From assembly GCA_048939015.1 (NCBI GenBank), contig JBHLPW010000004.1, forward strand, positions 1 to 64,000: 64,000 nt of DNA, in the 5' to 3' direction. Each line of letters begins with the position of its first letter. Position 1 is the first letter of the stretch. Positions 10,517-20,424 of the stretch are shown here, piece by piece. The stretch is from Promethearchaeota archaeon (lineage in GTDB: Archaea; Asgardarchaeota; Lokiarchaeia; Sigyniarchaeales; SOKP01). The translations under genes were made by a program, and so were the position numbers. Below the pieces are notes generated by a model that made no database searches, was not told the origin of the DNA, and saw only the letters and a list, made by a program, of their open reading frames with translations.

Positions 10517-11020
10517 CTAATATTTTTTTCTTAAAGTCCAAAGTACTACATAATTTACAGTTGAAATAATAGTAATGAAAATATTGACATAAGTAATAGT
10601 CCAAAAACCAAGATCTGCACTTATAATAAAAGGAATAATAGTCGAAGCGCATACCCAACATATTACAGTTACATAATATGCATATAAAAATTTTCTTTTA
10701 TACCGTGAAATCCTAACAGACTCATCAGTTTTACTTAATAAATTAAATGCGGCTTCACCAATGTGGGAAAGTTCATATTTATTCACTTTTTGTGTAAGTA
10801 AGGGTTGCAGACTTTTAAGATGATAGGAAAGGGTTGGACTATCGATAGAATCTAAGTTATGTTTAATTTCTGTAAAAGTTAATGGATTTTCCCCTAAGGT
10901 TTTAACAATATCTCTCCTTATTTGATGACCTAATGATTTAAAAATCTCATCTTCAACAATAATAAATTCTTTCTTCCCTTTTTCATCTGAGTCTACATTT
11001 GCCACCATAATTTTACTCAA
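10517..11020 (-). CDS. Membrane-anchored winged-helix (ArsR-like) transcription regulator
   Basis: IFKSLGHQIRRDIV...LTFTEI...LSYHLKSL wHTH followed by two C-terminal TM helices. Confidence 0.78.
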   Translation of the reverse strand: MSKIMVANVDSDEKGKKEFIIVEDEIFKSLGHQIRRDIVKTLGENPLTFTEIKHNLDSIDSPTLSYHLKSLQPLLTQKVNKYELSHIGEAAFNLLSKTDESVRISRYKRKFLYAYYVTVICWVCASTIIPFIISADLGFWTITYVNIFITIISTVNYVVLWTLRKKY

Positions 11021-11198
11021 CTTATTCTTTAATTTTCAATAAATATGTTTATCCTATTTTGAATATATATTTGTGCTAGAAAATAAAAACTATGATTTAT
11101 GAACACCTAGATGTTATACTAGTCATTGAAAAATATTTTATATTACTAGTGTTATTATTGTAATTACATAATTTTGAAATATAACTAAAATTAAAAAG

Positions 11199-12683
11199 AT
11201 GATAATTAGAATGGAACAACAATTAGAAAAAGACTTAGGTAAAATTCTCAAAAAAGAAAAGTTCCAGGGGAATATGATAAGTTATATGTCCAAAATCGGA
11301 AAGTTATTGCTTTTTAGCCTCCCAATTGTACTTGTAGTAATAACTGTTCTCACACTCTTTACAGGTCTTGATAATACATTAAAAATGATCTTTTATGTGA
11401 TTTTGGCAATATATTTTTTTAACTCATTAATGCTTTTATTAGGAGCAAATTCTACAGAATCATCACTTAAAATGCGCTTAAATTTCGAAAGAAAACGTGG
11501 ACGACCTATTGATAGTCTTGATGGCTTTGATTTATTAGCTAATAATGTAAAAAGAGTGACTAATCTACTTAAAATTATATCACTCATTTGTTTTGTAGCC
11601 TTAGTATTATTTGTAGTAATGCTATTAGGAATTGAAGATATTTTAGGTTTTGCAGCAGCAGGTTTTGCATTAGTTGGATTTGGTTTGGCGATTCTAATTC
11701 GTAGTTTAAACCTTAATATTCATGACGTTAATGGTTTACAAGATTTCTACAAACCTACAACGCACTCTATTTTCCTGGATAACTTTTTCGCTGAAATTCT
11801 TTCAAATCACCTTGATCCCGTCACTTTTCTTAAATGGGACGAATATCTTGCTGAAGTAAACAAAATATTAACCCCTGCTTTTATCCAAAAAATAAAAGAA
11901 GATGAACCGGATGAATTACCAATTACTTTTGCTATCGAAAAACTCTTATTTCTCTATTATCTCAAATTTCAAGAAGTTCTTTCTGAAGATCAATTAATTC
12001 AAGAGTTAAAAGAAATAATTGATGTAAATTCAGATACTTTCGATGTAGAAAAGGGCATATTTTTGGAGGGAAGATGGTATTTCTCAATGAATGATATATA
12101 CAAATTATTTAATTATATCAAAAAATTTAATCCCGGATTTTTCGATATAATTGATAGGTTACAATTGGAACTAGCTGACAATATTGAGCGAATATCAAAA
12201 GATCCAATATATATGGACTCATCAGCCCAAGAAGTGGTATATCTTAATACAGAATTAAACATTTTTTGCTTTTTATATAACAACTCCCCAGAAGCTAAGA
12301 AATATATAATTAAAATTAATGCCCCAGGATTTGAGCCTAATAAATTGAAACTTGATATTGAAGTAGAAGGTAGAGGTACATTTATGATTCCAAATACTCC
12401 TATTCCTTTAATTTCTTCTGAAAGTAGGGATATTGCAGGTGTCTTATCTGCAATGTTAGAAAATGGAGACACTACATGGTTAACGTTAGAACCGAGAGAA
12501 ACGGGTGAACAAACAATTCAGATTTTCTTACTTTCTGAAGATGGAACAATTATAGAAGGAAAAACTCGTGCCGTGAAAGTTTCGAAGAATATTAAAGATT
12601 ACATTAAAAAATTAAGCTCGGTTGGGAGTCTTCTTGGCGGATTAGCCGTACCACTAGCGAAAATCTTGCCCTCAATTTTATAA
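11199..12683 (+). CDS. Hypothetical membrane protein (4 N-terminal TM, helical middle, beta-sandwich-like C-terminal domain)
   Basis: Long ORF with typical codon usage; hydrophobicity pattern; no family recognised. Confidence 0.6.
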   Translation: MIIRMEQQLEKDLGKILKKEKFQGNMISYMSKIGKLLLFSLPIVLVVITVLTLFTGLDNTLKMIFYVILAIYFFNSLMLLLGANSTESSLKMRLNFERKRGRPIDSLDGFDLLANNVKRVTNLLKIISLICFVALVLFVVMLLGIEDILGFAAAGFALVGFGLAILIRSLNLNIHDVNGLQDFYKPTTHSIFLDNFFAEILSNHLDPVTFLKWDEYLAEVNKILTPAFIQKIKEDEPDELPITFAIEKLLFLYYLKFQEVLSEDQLIQELKEIIDVNSDTFDVEKGIFLEGRWYFSMNDIYKLFNYIKKFNPGFFDIIDRLQLELADNIERISKDPIYMDSSAQEVVYLNTELNIFCFLYNNSPEAKKYIIKINAPGFEPNKLKLDIEVEGRGTFMIPNTPIPLISSESRDIAGVLSAMLENGDTTWLTLEPRETGEQTIQIFLLSEDGTIIEGKTRAVKVSKNIKDYIKKLSSVGSLLGGLAVPLAKILPSIL

Positions 12684-12689
12684 ATAATC

Positions 12690-12714
12690 GTCTTTATTTT
12701 TTTTATTTTTTCTT
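12690..12714 (+). terminator. Archaeal oligo-T terminator-like tract
   Basis: tctttattttttttattttttc directly after the stop codon at 12683. Confidence 0.45.
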
Positions 12715-12916
12715 ATAACTCATTTGAATTAAAACGGTTATAATTGGGAAATCGTGTGGTAAATGCTACAAATCGACATTTTAACGCATAAATTTAAATA
12801 TTATTAGTAGACTATATAAATGTTTTAATCAATCGATTAAAAGGAATATTGGAAAGATTAGTAATTATTTGTCATAATAGGGATTTTTAACCTCCCATAA
12901 TAATTTTTATTAGTGT

Positions 12917-15877
12917 ATGCTATTGGTTGAGTCAGAACTTTATCAAACTGAGAAAATATTTAAAGAGTTTATTGAGAACATTAGTAGTGGAGTAGTGATC
13001 TATGAAACAACTAATAATGGCAAAACTTTCATAATTAAGGGAATAAATAAAGTAGGTTTAGAGAGCTTTCAAGTTTCGAGAGAAGAGATAATTGGAAAAA
13101 ATATAATTGAAGTATTTCCAACTATAACCGAATTTGGTTTGGTTGATTTATTACGAAAAGTTTGGAAGACCGGGAAACCTGAACATTCTCCAACATTCTT
13201 ATATCAAGATGATAGAGTTTCAGGGTGGACTAAGATGTATATTTATAAATTACCCTCTGGGAAACTCGTTACTATTTTTGAACAAAAAACAAAGTTGATT
13301 GAAGCTGAAGCAAATTTCAAAAAGAAAGTAGAATTTGAAAAAGTAATTTCGGCAATTTCTTCGCAATTTGTCAATCTAAAAAGTATCGATGATACGATAA
13401 TTACTTCTTTAAGCAAAATAGGACATTTAAGTCAGTCAAGTCGAAGTTATTTATTTATATTTGATGAGGAGAATAATACAATGAGTAATACACATGAATG
13501 GTGTGCTGAAGGTGTAAATCCACAAATAGAAAATCTTCAAAATACTCCAATAGAAGTATTTCCTTGGTCAATCAGTAAACTTAAAAACGATGAGATTTTG
13601 AACATTGACGATGTTGAAAATTTGCCTCCTGAAGCGTCAGCAGAAAAGGAAGAATTCATGAGAGAAAATATAAAATCTCTTATTTTTTTACCTTTAAAAA
13701 TTGGTGAAAAAATTTCAGGTTTTATTGGATTTGATAATGTTACAATTTCAAAAAAATGGAGTGAAGATGATTTAAACCTTCTAAAAATAACCTCTGATAT
13801 TATAGGAAATGCTTTAAAGCGCATAAAAACAGAACAAGAATTAGAAAAATTAAATAAAGAATTAGAACAGAAAGTTAGAAAAAGCTCCAAAAAATTAGAA
13901 GAATCAGAAGAAAAGTATCGTAAATTATTCGAAAATTCTCCTATAGCAATAATGGAACAAGATTATTCGGAGACAAAAAATTATATCGATTACCTAAAAT
14001 CATCAGGAGTTACTGATTTTAAAAAATTCTTTGATGAGAATCCCAAAGAAGTTATAAAACTTATTACTATGAATAAAGTAGTGGATGTGAATAGAAAGAC
14101 TTTAGAAATATATAACGCTAATAATAAAGAAGATTTCATTTCAAAAGCGAACCATATAAGCGATAGTATAGAGAGAAATATTACTGATGAAGTCTTGTCA
14201 TATAACAAAAATGAATTTCTCTCTTTAATGGAAGGGAAGACAGTGTATGAGTCGGAGATTGCCTCTAAAACTTTTACAAAAGATACAATCTATCTTTATG
14301 CCAGAACTTCAATATTGCCCGGATTTGAGAATACCTGGTCAAAAATCGTTGTAACTCTTATGGATATTACAGAAAGGAAAATTACTGAAGAAAAGCTAAG
14401 AGAATCTGAGGAGAAGTTTAAAACACTTGCTGATCAATCGCTAATGGGCATTTTTATAATACAAGATGGTAAAACCGTTTACGCTAATCAAAAGATTGCA
14501 GATATGTTTGGCTATTCTTTTGAACAGGTTATGAGTATGACTTTAGAGGAACAATTAAGACAAATTGACCCTGAAGATAGAATGTTTGTTAAAGAACAAG
14601 CAATTAAGAAACAAAAAGGGGAAAAAGATGTCGTAAATCAATATCAATTCCGGTATTTTAGAGAATCAGGGGAATTAATGTGGATTGAAGTTTATTCTAA
14701 AACAATACTTTATGGAGGGAAACCAGCTAATTTTGTAACATTTGTAGATATTACTGATCAAAAGAGAATAGAAGAAGCACTTCAAGAATCTGAAAGCGAA
14801 AAATCTACTATCTTAGAAAGCCTTTTAGAGCATATAGTCTATCAAACTACTGACAATACTATAATATATGCTAATAAAGCTGCTGCAGATTCTGTAAATC
14901 TAACACCTGACCAATTAGTTGGACATAAATGTTATCAAGTTTGGAATGATCGAAAAGAACCGTGTGAAGGTTGTCCAATAGTAAAAGCAATAAAAGCTGA
15001 TAAACCTGTTGCTACAGAGATGACCACTCCAGACGGAAGAATTTGGTATGTGGCTGGGTATCCTGTGAGAGATAAAGAAAACAATATAATAGGGGTTGTT
15101 GAATCAACACTAAATATTACAGAGAAAAAAACTGCTGAAGAAAAAATAAAAAAATCTGAGGAAAAATATCGAAAAGCATATTTTCAAGCTAATCTTTATA
15201 GAGACATCTTTGCTCACGATATTAATAATATTCTCCAAAATATTAGTTCCTCAGTTGAACTTAGCGCTCTGTATCTAAATAATCCGGAAAAACTTAATAC
15301 TATAAAGGAATTATTTGATATCGTAGATGAACAAGTCAATAGAGCAAAAAAATTAATATTAAATGTAAGAAAAATAACTGAACTCGATGAATCTGAAGTA
15401 AATTTAGAAAAAATCGATGCGAATCGAGTTTTGAACAATGCGATAGACTTTCTAAAATCAAGTTTTCAAACAAGGAATATTAATGTTCAACTCAATTCTC
15501 CCCTCAAAAAGAATTATATAAATGCTAATAATCTATTATTAGATGTATTTGAAAATCTTTTAATCAATGCAGTTAGACATAATAATAAATCCAAAATCGA
15601 TATTATTATTGATATTAAGAAAGAAAAAAAAGATGACAAAAATTTTCTCAAAATGGAATTCAAAGATAATGGAGTTGGTATTTCTGATAATCGTAAAAAG
15701 AGTATTTTTGAAAGAGGTTCACGAAAATCACAGAAAACTAAAGGAATGGGGTTAGGGTTATCACTAGTGAAGAAAATTATAGATATTTATCAGGGTGATA
15801 TTTGGGTTGAGGACAGAGTCAAGAATGACTACAAGCAAGGAAGTAATTTTATTGTTTTAATTCCAACTAATTCTTAA
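12917..15877 (+). CDS. Cytoplasmic sensor histidine kinase (PAS-GAF-PAS-PAS-PAS-HisKA-HATPase)
   Basis: GAF SNTHEWCAEG/GFIGFD, several PAS ends (DITERK, DITDQK, NITEKK), H-box FAHDINN, N-box ENLLINAVRH, DNGVG, GMGLGL. Confidence 0.92.
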   Translation: MLLVESELYQTEKIFKEFIENISSGVVIYETTNNGKTFIIKGINKVGLESFQVSREEIIGKNIIEVFPTITEFGLVDLLRKVWKTGKPEHSPTFLYQDDRVSGWTKMYIYKLPSGKLVTIFEQKTKLIEAEANFKKKVEFEKVISAISSQFVNLKSIDDTIITSLSKIGHLSQSSRSYLFIFDEENNTMSNTHEWCAEGVNPQIENLQNTPIEVFPWSISKLKNDEILNIDDVENLPPEASAEKEEFMRENIKSLIFLPLKIGEKISGFIGFDNVTISKKWSEDDLNLLKITSDIIGNALKRIKTEQELEKLNKELEQKVRKSSKKLEESEEKYRKLFENSPIAIMEQDYSETKNYIDYLKSSGVTDFKKFFDENPKEVIKLITMNKVVDVNRKTLEIYNANNKEDFISKANHISDSIERNITDEVLSYNKNEFLSLMEGKTVYESEIASKTFTKDTIYLYARTSILPGFENTWSKIVVTLMDITERKITEEKLRESEEKFKTLADQSLMGIFIIQDGKTVYANQKIADMFGYSFEQVMSMTLEEQLRQIDPEDRMFVKEQAIKKQKGEKDVVNQYQFRYFRESGELMWIEVYSKTILYGGKPANFVTFVDITDQKRIEEALQESESEKSTILESLLEHIVYQTTDNTIIYANKAAADSVNLTPDQLVGHKCYQVWNDRKEPCEGCPIVKAIKADKPVATEMTTPDGRIWYVAGYPVRDKENNIIGVVESTLNITEKKTAEEKIKKSEEKYRKAYFQANLYRDIFAHDINNILQNISSSVELSALYLNNPEKLNTIKELFDIVDEQVNRAKKLILNVRKITELDESEVNLEKIDANRVLNNAIDFLKSSFQTRNINVQLNSPLKKNYINANNLLLDVFENLLINAVRHNNKSKIDIIIDIKKEKKDDKNFLKMEFKDNGVGISDNRKKSIFERGSRKSQKTKGMGLGLSLVKKIIDIYQGDIWVEDRVKNDYKQGSNFIVLIPTNS

Positions 15878-15991
15878 TATTTGAATACTATTAATCTTGC
15901 ATCTATCTGAATTTTATCTTTATCAATTTTTAGTACTTTCCTTTAAATTATTAATAAAAACTTTAAAAGCAATATAAATGAATTTGAAATT

Positions 15992-17515
15992 ATGGAATCT
16001 TATGACTTAGTTGTTATAGGGAGTGGAGTAGGATTAAATGTTTTAAATACTGGGCTTCAATTAGGTTTGAATTGTGCTCTTGTCGAAGATACTAAAATGG
16101 GAGGCACATGTTTAACTCGTGGGTGTATTCCTTCAAAAGTTTTAGTTCATCCAGCTGATTTAATCCGGGAATCTCAGCATGCTAAAAAAGTTGGAATTAG
16201 ATTCAATATAGAAAACATTGATTGGGATTTAATAACAGAGAGAATGTGGTCTCAAATCGATGAAAGTAAAATGATGGAAAAAGGGTTATCAACGGTACCA
16301 AATCTGACCGTATACAAAGGAGTTGGAGAATTTGTAGGAGATTATGAGATGAAAGTGAGAGATATAAAATCTGAGAAAGAGTTAGGACATTTTAAAGGAG
16401 AGAAATTTGTAATTGCTTCAGGAGCAAGGTCTTTTATACCACCCATTCAAGGAATTGAAGATTTAGATTATTTAACAAATGAAAACTTTTTTGGTGATAG
16501 ATTTCCAAAGATGCCATGGAAGAGTCTTATAATAATAGGTGGTGGTGTAATTGCTGCTGAATTTGCCCATATTTTTTCGGCAATGGGTACTGATGTTACG
16601 ATCGTGGAGATGCTTCCAAGATTAGTAGTAACAGAAGAACCTGAAATAAGTCAATTCTTAGAAAAAAATTTCAGTAAATATATGAATGTTTTGCTTAATG
16701 AGAAGGCAGTTAAGGCCTATAGGAAGAAAAAACAAAAGGCAATTTTAATTAAAAATATGAATACTGGTAAAGAAAGGGAAATAGTAGCAGAAGAAATTCT
16801 TGTTGCCGCAGGTAGACGTTCAAATGCAGATATTTTAAAAGTGAAGAATACTGGAGTTGAAACTAGTAAGAGAGGTTGGATTAAAACTAATCAGTATTTA
16901 GAAACAAATAAGAAAAATATTTGGTGCATTGGAGACGCTAATGGACTTTATCAATTCAGACATAAAGCCAATTATGAAGCAGAAATCTGCACAAATAATA
17001 TATTTGGTCCAGAGGATCAAAAAAGTTCAGTTGATTATTCTGCGGTTCCATGGGCAATCTTTACATACCCACAAATAGGTCATGTTGGAATGACACAGGA
17101 AGAAGCGATTGAGAAAGGATATGAAATATTTGTTGCAATTAAGAATTATTCAACAGTAGCCAAAGGGTTTGCTATGGGCTTTGAAAGTAATCAAGATGAT
17201 GATGGGTTTGTTAAACTTATTGTTGATAAATCATACAAAATCTTAGGAGCACATGTAATCGGTCCACATGCCGCTCTTTTAGTTCAACCATTTGTGTACT
17301 TAATGAATGCTGGTTTTTCATGTAGCTTACCTGACTATAAAGAGGAGAAAGATATCCCAAGACTAGAAAGAGCCTGTCCAGAAGCAGGATCATTTATGCC
17401 TATTTATCATTCGATGGTTATTCATCCCTCCCTTAATGAAGTAACAGGCTGGGCAATTGGAAATTTAAAACCAGTTAATATCAAAATGGAACATCATGAG
17501 CATCATCATAATTAA
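15992..17515 (+). CDS. Class I pyridine nucleotide-disulfide oxidoreductase (dihydrolipoamide dehydrogenase / mycothione reductase-like)
   Basis: GSGxG, GGTCLTRGCIPSK redox disulfide, GGGVIAAEF, GD, C-terminal HPSLNE. Confidence 0.88.
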   Translation: MESYDLVVIGSGVGLNVLNTGLQLGLNCALVEDTKMGGTCLTRGCIPSKVLVHPADLIRESQHAKKVGIRFNIENIDWDLITERMWSQIDESKMMEKGLSTVPNLTVYKGVGEFVGDYEMKVRDIKSEKELGHFKGEKFVIASGARSFIPPIQGIEDLDYLTNENFFGDRFPKMPWKSLIIIGGGVIAAEFAHIFSAMGTDVTIVEMLPRLVVTEEPEISQFLEKNFSKYMNVLLNEKAVKAYRKKKQKAILIKNMNTGKEREIVAEEILVAAGRRSNADILKVKNTGVETSKRGWIKTNQYLETNKKNIWCIGDANGLYQFRHKANYEAEICTNNIFGPEDQKSSVDYSAVPWAIFTYPQIGHVGMTQEEAIEKGYEIFVAIKNYSTVAKGFAMGFESNQDDDGFVKLIVDKSYKILGAHVIGPHAALLVQPFVYLMNAGFSCSLPDYKEEKDIPRLERACPEAGSFMPIYHSMVIHPSLNEVTGWAIGNLKPVNIKMEHHEHHHN

Positions 17516-17665
17516 TCAAGTATAAGCTTTTTTTCTTAATTTTTTGTGACTCTTTTTTATACTTTTGATACTCCTCAGATCTATATTGTAATTCCCTATC
17601 TGGTAATTAATTTTGATATTATTAACCATCAACTATATAGATTTTAAATCCAATATTAAGATTAG

Positions 17666-19621
17666 ATGGTAATTAAAAACATTCATTCTAAAAGAGATAA
17701 TGGAATTGGACAGATTTTTACTCCAAGTTATATTGCTGAATTCATGGTCAAAAACATTAATAAGTTCATCATAAAACATCAAAAGGATCATTCTAATTTA
17801 AAAATCTTAGAACCTTCAGTAGGAGAAGGAATTTTCTTAAAATATCTCCTAAGCTATAATTTCTCTAATATAACTGCCTATGAGATGGATGAAAATTTGA
17901 AAGATTCTCTTTTAAATTCTTATCCTAATATAAACTTTAAATTTGAAAACTTTTTAGGCTCAAATCTAAATGAAAAATTTGACATAATTATTGGAAATCC
18001 TCCTTACTTAGGACAAAATTATAACGCGAAAACTTTTCAGGAATATGTTGAAAAGTTTCCTATTTGTCGCAAATATTTTACTGGTAATATGGATTTGTTT
18101 TACTTTTTCATTCATTTGGGAATTGAAAAGTTAAATCCTGGCGGATTGCTTTCATTTATCACAACTAATTATTGGATTACAAAATCTAAAAAAACAGGTA
18201 TCAAATTTTTAAAACCTCATGTGTTAGAAGAATGTTTTTTACTTCAGTACTTAGATTTATCACATCTCAACCTATTCGAAAATGCAAAAGGACAACAAAA
18301 CTGCATTTTTGTATTACAAAAAAAGGCAGTGCACGAGAAGATTCCTATAAAAAACAAAAATATTGAAATAATTCAAATTTTTGAAGAAAATGGATGCAGT
18401 CAAAGTTCTAAATCATCAGTTGAAGAACTATTCAGTAATTTAAACTCTGGAAAAATCTTAAATAATGTAAAGAGATTCACATCAGCAATGACTAATAATG
18501 ATTTAAGAAAAGATGAAAGTTGGAATCTCATATACCCTAATGAGGTAAAATATTTAATAGATAAAATAGAAGGGTATTGCATAATAAATGGCAAAATATC
18601 TTTATTAAAAGATTATTTCTTAATACGTAATGGGTTAATTCTTATAAAAGATTCAATTTTCATACTAAAAGAAGGTAAAAATTTAAAAATTAAGAATAAT
18701 GACTATTTTATTCAAATAAATGAAGAATTTTTAAAACTCTCTAAAGTTGAAAAATCAAGATTAAAAAAAATATATAAAAGCAAATCAATTAAAGCATATG
18801 GGTACGATCAAGATGACTATGAAGGATATATGATTTATTTTGATAAAAATGAGTTTAACTCAAAGACTAATCTTGAACGTAATCATCAGTTAAAAATCAA
18901 ATACCCTACTCTTTCAAAATATATTAGACAATTTAAGAAAAATTTAAAAGATATTTTAATTCGCGCTAAAGAAAACCCAGAAAATTATTATTTTCCAAGA
19001 AGAGGTTCTTATATTCGTCAATTTGAAGGAACAAATAAAGGAAAATTAACAAAACTTGAACATTTATATGATTTTGCAGATAAGATCTTTTTTAAATTTA
19101 TTTCAAAAGAAAACATATTCGGGTATGCGAATACTCCTTACTACGCTACTTCAGATACATATTTCCTATGGGAAAAATATCCAGATAAAGAAATTGATTA
19201 CGTATTTATCCTTGCATATCTAAACTCTAAAATAGTGACTTTCCTTTTTCACGCAAAAAACATTTCTATAAAAAGAAGTAAAACAAAGCTAGAACAGGGA
19301 TTACCAATCCCTCTTCTAAGAAATTTCAAGGATAAAGAAAAAAAAGTAATTATAGAATTAATAAAATTATTGTCTTCTTACTTAATTTGGATCAATAATA
19401 ATAAAGATAATGATGAAAGTAGAATCTTTATTGATAATATTCAAGCTACAAAATATTTTACTTATTATAAAAATATCAAATTTGAACAGAGACTCATTAA
19501 ATCCCTAGAAAATTCTGACTTAGATGACATAAATACTGTCTTAGACCAACTATTTTTTAAGCTTTTTAATTTAGATGGAAAATTGATTAATAAATTATTA
19601 AATCAATATTATAGGCTCTAA
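17666..19621 (+). CDS. N6-adenine DNA methyltransferase (gamma class, TaqI/Eco57I-like with C-terminal TRD)
   Basis: GQIFTP (motif X), ILEPSVGEGIF (motif I), IIGNPPY (motif IV), DLFYFF, LNPGGLLSFIT, C-terminal AYLNSK. Confidence 0.88.
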   Translation: MVIKNIHSKRDNGIGQIFTPSYIAEFMVKNINKFIIKHQKDHSNLKILEPSVGEGIFLKYLLSYNFSNITAYEMDENLKDSLLNSYPNINFKFENFLGSNLNEKFDIIIGNPPYLGQNYNAKTFQEYVEKFPICRKYFTGNMDLFYFFIHLGIEKLNPGGLLSFITTNYWITKSKKTGIKFLKPHVLEECFLLQYLDLSHLNLFENAKGQQNCIFVLQKKAVHEKIPIKNKNIEIIQIFEENGCSQSSKSSVEELFSNLNSGKILNNVKRFTSAMTNNDLRKDESWNLIYPNEVKYLIDKIEGYCIINGKISLLKDYFLIRNGLILIKDSIFILKEGKNLKIKNNDYFIQINEEFLKLSKVEKSRLKKIYKSKSIKAYGYDQDDYEGYMIYFDKNEFNSKTNLERNHQLKIKYPTLSKYIRQFKKNLKDILIRAKENPENYYFPRRGSYIRQFEGTNKGKLTKLEHLYDFADKIFFKFISKENIFGYANTPYYATSDTYFLWEKYPDKEIDYVFILAYLNSKIVTFLFHAKNISIKRSKTKLEQGLPIPLLRNFKDKEKKVIIELIKLLSSYLIWINNNKDNDESRIFIDNIQATKYFTYYKNIKFEQRLIKSLENSDLDDINTVLDQLFFKLFNLDGKLINKLLNQYYRL

Positions 19622-19670
19622 AATAGCTCGTATCTTAGGCATTTTTTCTTTAATTTTCAAAATCGATAAG

Positions 19671-19678
19671 TTTTTATA
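19671..19678 (+). promoter_or_regulatory. Putative TATA box of the hsp20-cdc48 operon
   Basis: TTTTTATA preceded by a purine-rich stretch, about 30 bp upstream of the palindrome and RBS. Confidence 0.5.
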
Positions 19679-19706
19679 GTTGAACTGGCATATGTAAATT
19701 ATGAAA

Positions 19707-19725
19707 TGTCAACAAAAAATTGACA
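19707..19725. promoter_or_regulatory. Palindromic operator candidate TGTCAA-N7-TTGACA
   Basis: Perfect 6-bp inverted repeat at the expected transcription start of the heat-shock cluster. Confidence 0.55.
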
Positions 19726-19749
19726 GTATATTTAGTTAAGGTGAATAAT

Positions 19750-20352
19750 TTGCCAGATGAATTTGATGATATTATTGATAAAATTAAAGAATATTTTAAG
19801 TTAGATTCAGATAGATTTGATATAGACTTTTTATTTATTCCAGAATCGGAAAGAAATTCATATTTAAAACCTGAAAGTAAAAGAGTAAAGGGTTTTAAGA
19901 TATCCTATCATTTTGAAACAGGAATGGAAAAACCTGAGATCCGAATTGAAGGAGACATTGACGAAAAGAAAATTGAAGAGTATTTAAAAAATATTGATAT
20001 ATCTCAACATCCTCATCTTAAAAAAATCCTTGAATCAAGTAATATCGAGGAAATTGATGCTAGTAAACTTTCTTTAGAAGCAAAAGAGCTTCATAAGGAT
20101 CTGACTATCATCGAACCACATACAGAAATAAATGATACTAAAGATTATATTGAGATTATCCTTGAAGTTCCTGGAACAAGCAAAGAAGATGTTGTATTAG
20201 ACTTTAGTGAAGGAGGAACTAAATTAATCTTTAATGCTGAGAATGAAACTCGTAAGTATATGAAAAATATTTATGTTCCTTTCGCATTATCATCAAAAAG
20301 CTATGATATTGAAGTAAATAATGGAATAGCCATTATTTCAATAAAGAAATAA
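19750..20352 (+). CDS. hsp20: Small heat shock protein (Hsp20/alpha-crystallin domain)
   Basis: EPHTEI...ILEVPGTSKEDV...NNGIAIISIKK; archaeal-type N-terminal GFKISY...KPEIRIEG; AGGTGA RBS (19739-19744) favours TTG 19750 over 19720. Confidence 0.85.
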   Translation: MPDEFDDIIDKIKEYFKLDSDRFDIDFLFIPESERNSYLKPESKRVKGFKISYHFETGMEKPEIRIEGDIDEKKIEEYLKNIDISQHPHLKKILESSNIEEIDASKLSLEAKELHKDLTIIEPHTEINDTKDYIEIILEVPGTSKEDVVLDFSEGGTKLIFNAENETRKYMKNIYVPFALSSKSYDIEVNNGIAIISIKK

Positions 20353-20424
20353 TAAAAATATTATTTAGAAGATAAAAAGATATAATTTTATAATTCATAT
20401 GAAAATAACAAATAATGATATGAA

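Noticed and set aside
6833-15940. Shared intergenic motif TTTTAGTACTTTC at about 6836-6848 and 15928-15940
   Set aside because: Only two copies, mostly A/T, at different distances from unrelated genes; chance cannot be excluded.
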